Shown: piece by piece, positions 24,671-25,158 of the stretch
Layout: the number at the start of each line of letters is the position of its first letter
Position numbering within the stretch: position 1 is the stretch's first letter
Source: a bacterium
Lineage (GTDB): Bacteria; Patescibacteriota; Minisyncoccia; JAJYZQ01
Length of the DNA stretch: 25,158 bases
NCBI GenBank assembly: GCA_021799835.1
Contig: JAJYZQ010000001.1
Span: forward strand, 1-25,158
Reading direction: 5' to 3'
Made by a program: the position numbers and the translations under genes
Notes under the pieces: generated by a model
The model's database searches: none
Told to the model about the DNA's origin: nothing
The model's input: the letters and a program-made list of their open reading frames with translations, nothing else

Positions 24671-25018
24671 ATGGTACGTTTCCTTCTGCAGATCATTGCA
24701 AATGCCATTGGTATATGGCTGGCGACCTTGATCATTCCTGCTATCCAGTTTTCGGGAAATATTCTCCAATTATTGGTCGCTGGTTTGGTGCTCGGCATTA
24801 TCAATGTGCTGCTCAAGCCTATTCTTAAAATCATCTCTTCACCCCTGATCATCTTGACATTAGGGCTATTTACCATTATTATCAATATGTTCTTACTCTG
24901 GCTCACCGTGAAGCTGGTGCCGGATCTTTTCATTGCTAATCTTGCCGGCTACTTCTGGGGGAGCATTGTAATCAGCTTAGTGAACTTCGTATTTCATCTC
25001 TATAGAAAGCGAGAATAA
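24671..25018 (+). CDS. Phage holin family (4-TMS, YvlD/DUF360-like) membrane protein
   Basis: Four hydrophobic segments and the signature LVLGIINVLLKPILKIISSPLIILTLGLFTIIIN. Confidence 0.88.
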   Translation: MVRFLLQIIANAIGIWLATLIIPAIQFSGNILQLLVAGLVLGIINVLLKPILKIISSPLIILTLGLFTIIINMFLLWLTVKLVPDLFIANLAGYFWGSIVISLVNFVFHLYRKRE

Positions 25019-25041
25019 TTTCCACGTTCCACAATTCCTAT

Positions 25042-25158
25042 ATGCCTACTATCATTGATATTGTACAAATCGTCATAGCGATCCTTATGGTCGTGGTCAT
25101 CTTGCTCCAGCAGCAGGGCAGCGGCTTGTCTGACGTGTTCGGCGGCGGAGGAAGCACC
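25042..25158 (+). CDS. secG: Preprotein translocase subunit SecG, N-terminal fragment (runs off the window)
   Basis: MPTIIDIVQIVIAILMVVVILLQQQGSGLSDVFGGGGST matches the SecG TM1-LLQ...G.GL...FGGG pattern. Confidence 0.9.
   Translation, partial: MPTIIDIVQIVIAILMVVVILLQQQGSGLSDVFGGGGST

Noticed and set aside
24671-25018. Prophage signalled by the holin-family gene
   Set aside because: This 4-TMS family is a common chromosomal gene, here next to secG, with no other phage genes nearby.

Overview
A compact housekeeping region from a bacterium that looks like Patescibacteria (CPR, Parcubacteria-like); this assignment is inferred from gene style and synteny. It uses the standard code 11 (TGA is a stop). 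Gene order: rpsR(partial)-ssb-rpsF, ychF, ymdB, hup, rny, tRNA-Pro(TGG), dnaE, thrS, a VIT1/CCC1 transporter, two single-pass membrane proteins, pnp-NYN-rpsO, an Xer-type recombinase, a 750-aa GNVGIGT-repeat surface protein, tsaD, a beta-carbonic anhydrase, a 4-TMS holin-family protein and secG(partial). No CRISPR array, transposase, reverse transcriptase or intein was found. Four things are not explained by ordinary annotation. (1) A 1.4-kb AT-rich gene-free stretch before dnaE holds a 300-bp array of 12 near-identical copies of an 11-mer (AACTGTGACAA) in both orientations. (2) Two tandem paralogous 72-78 aa Cys/His microproteins each have their own promoter, Shine-Dalgarno and terminator. 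(3) A 132-bp element bounded by a 24-bp inverted repeat lies upstream of tsaD. (4) A probable 6S-like RNA lies upstream of rny. All calls come from motif recognition by eye; no database searches were run.
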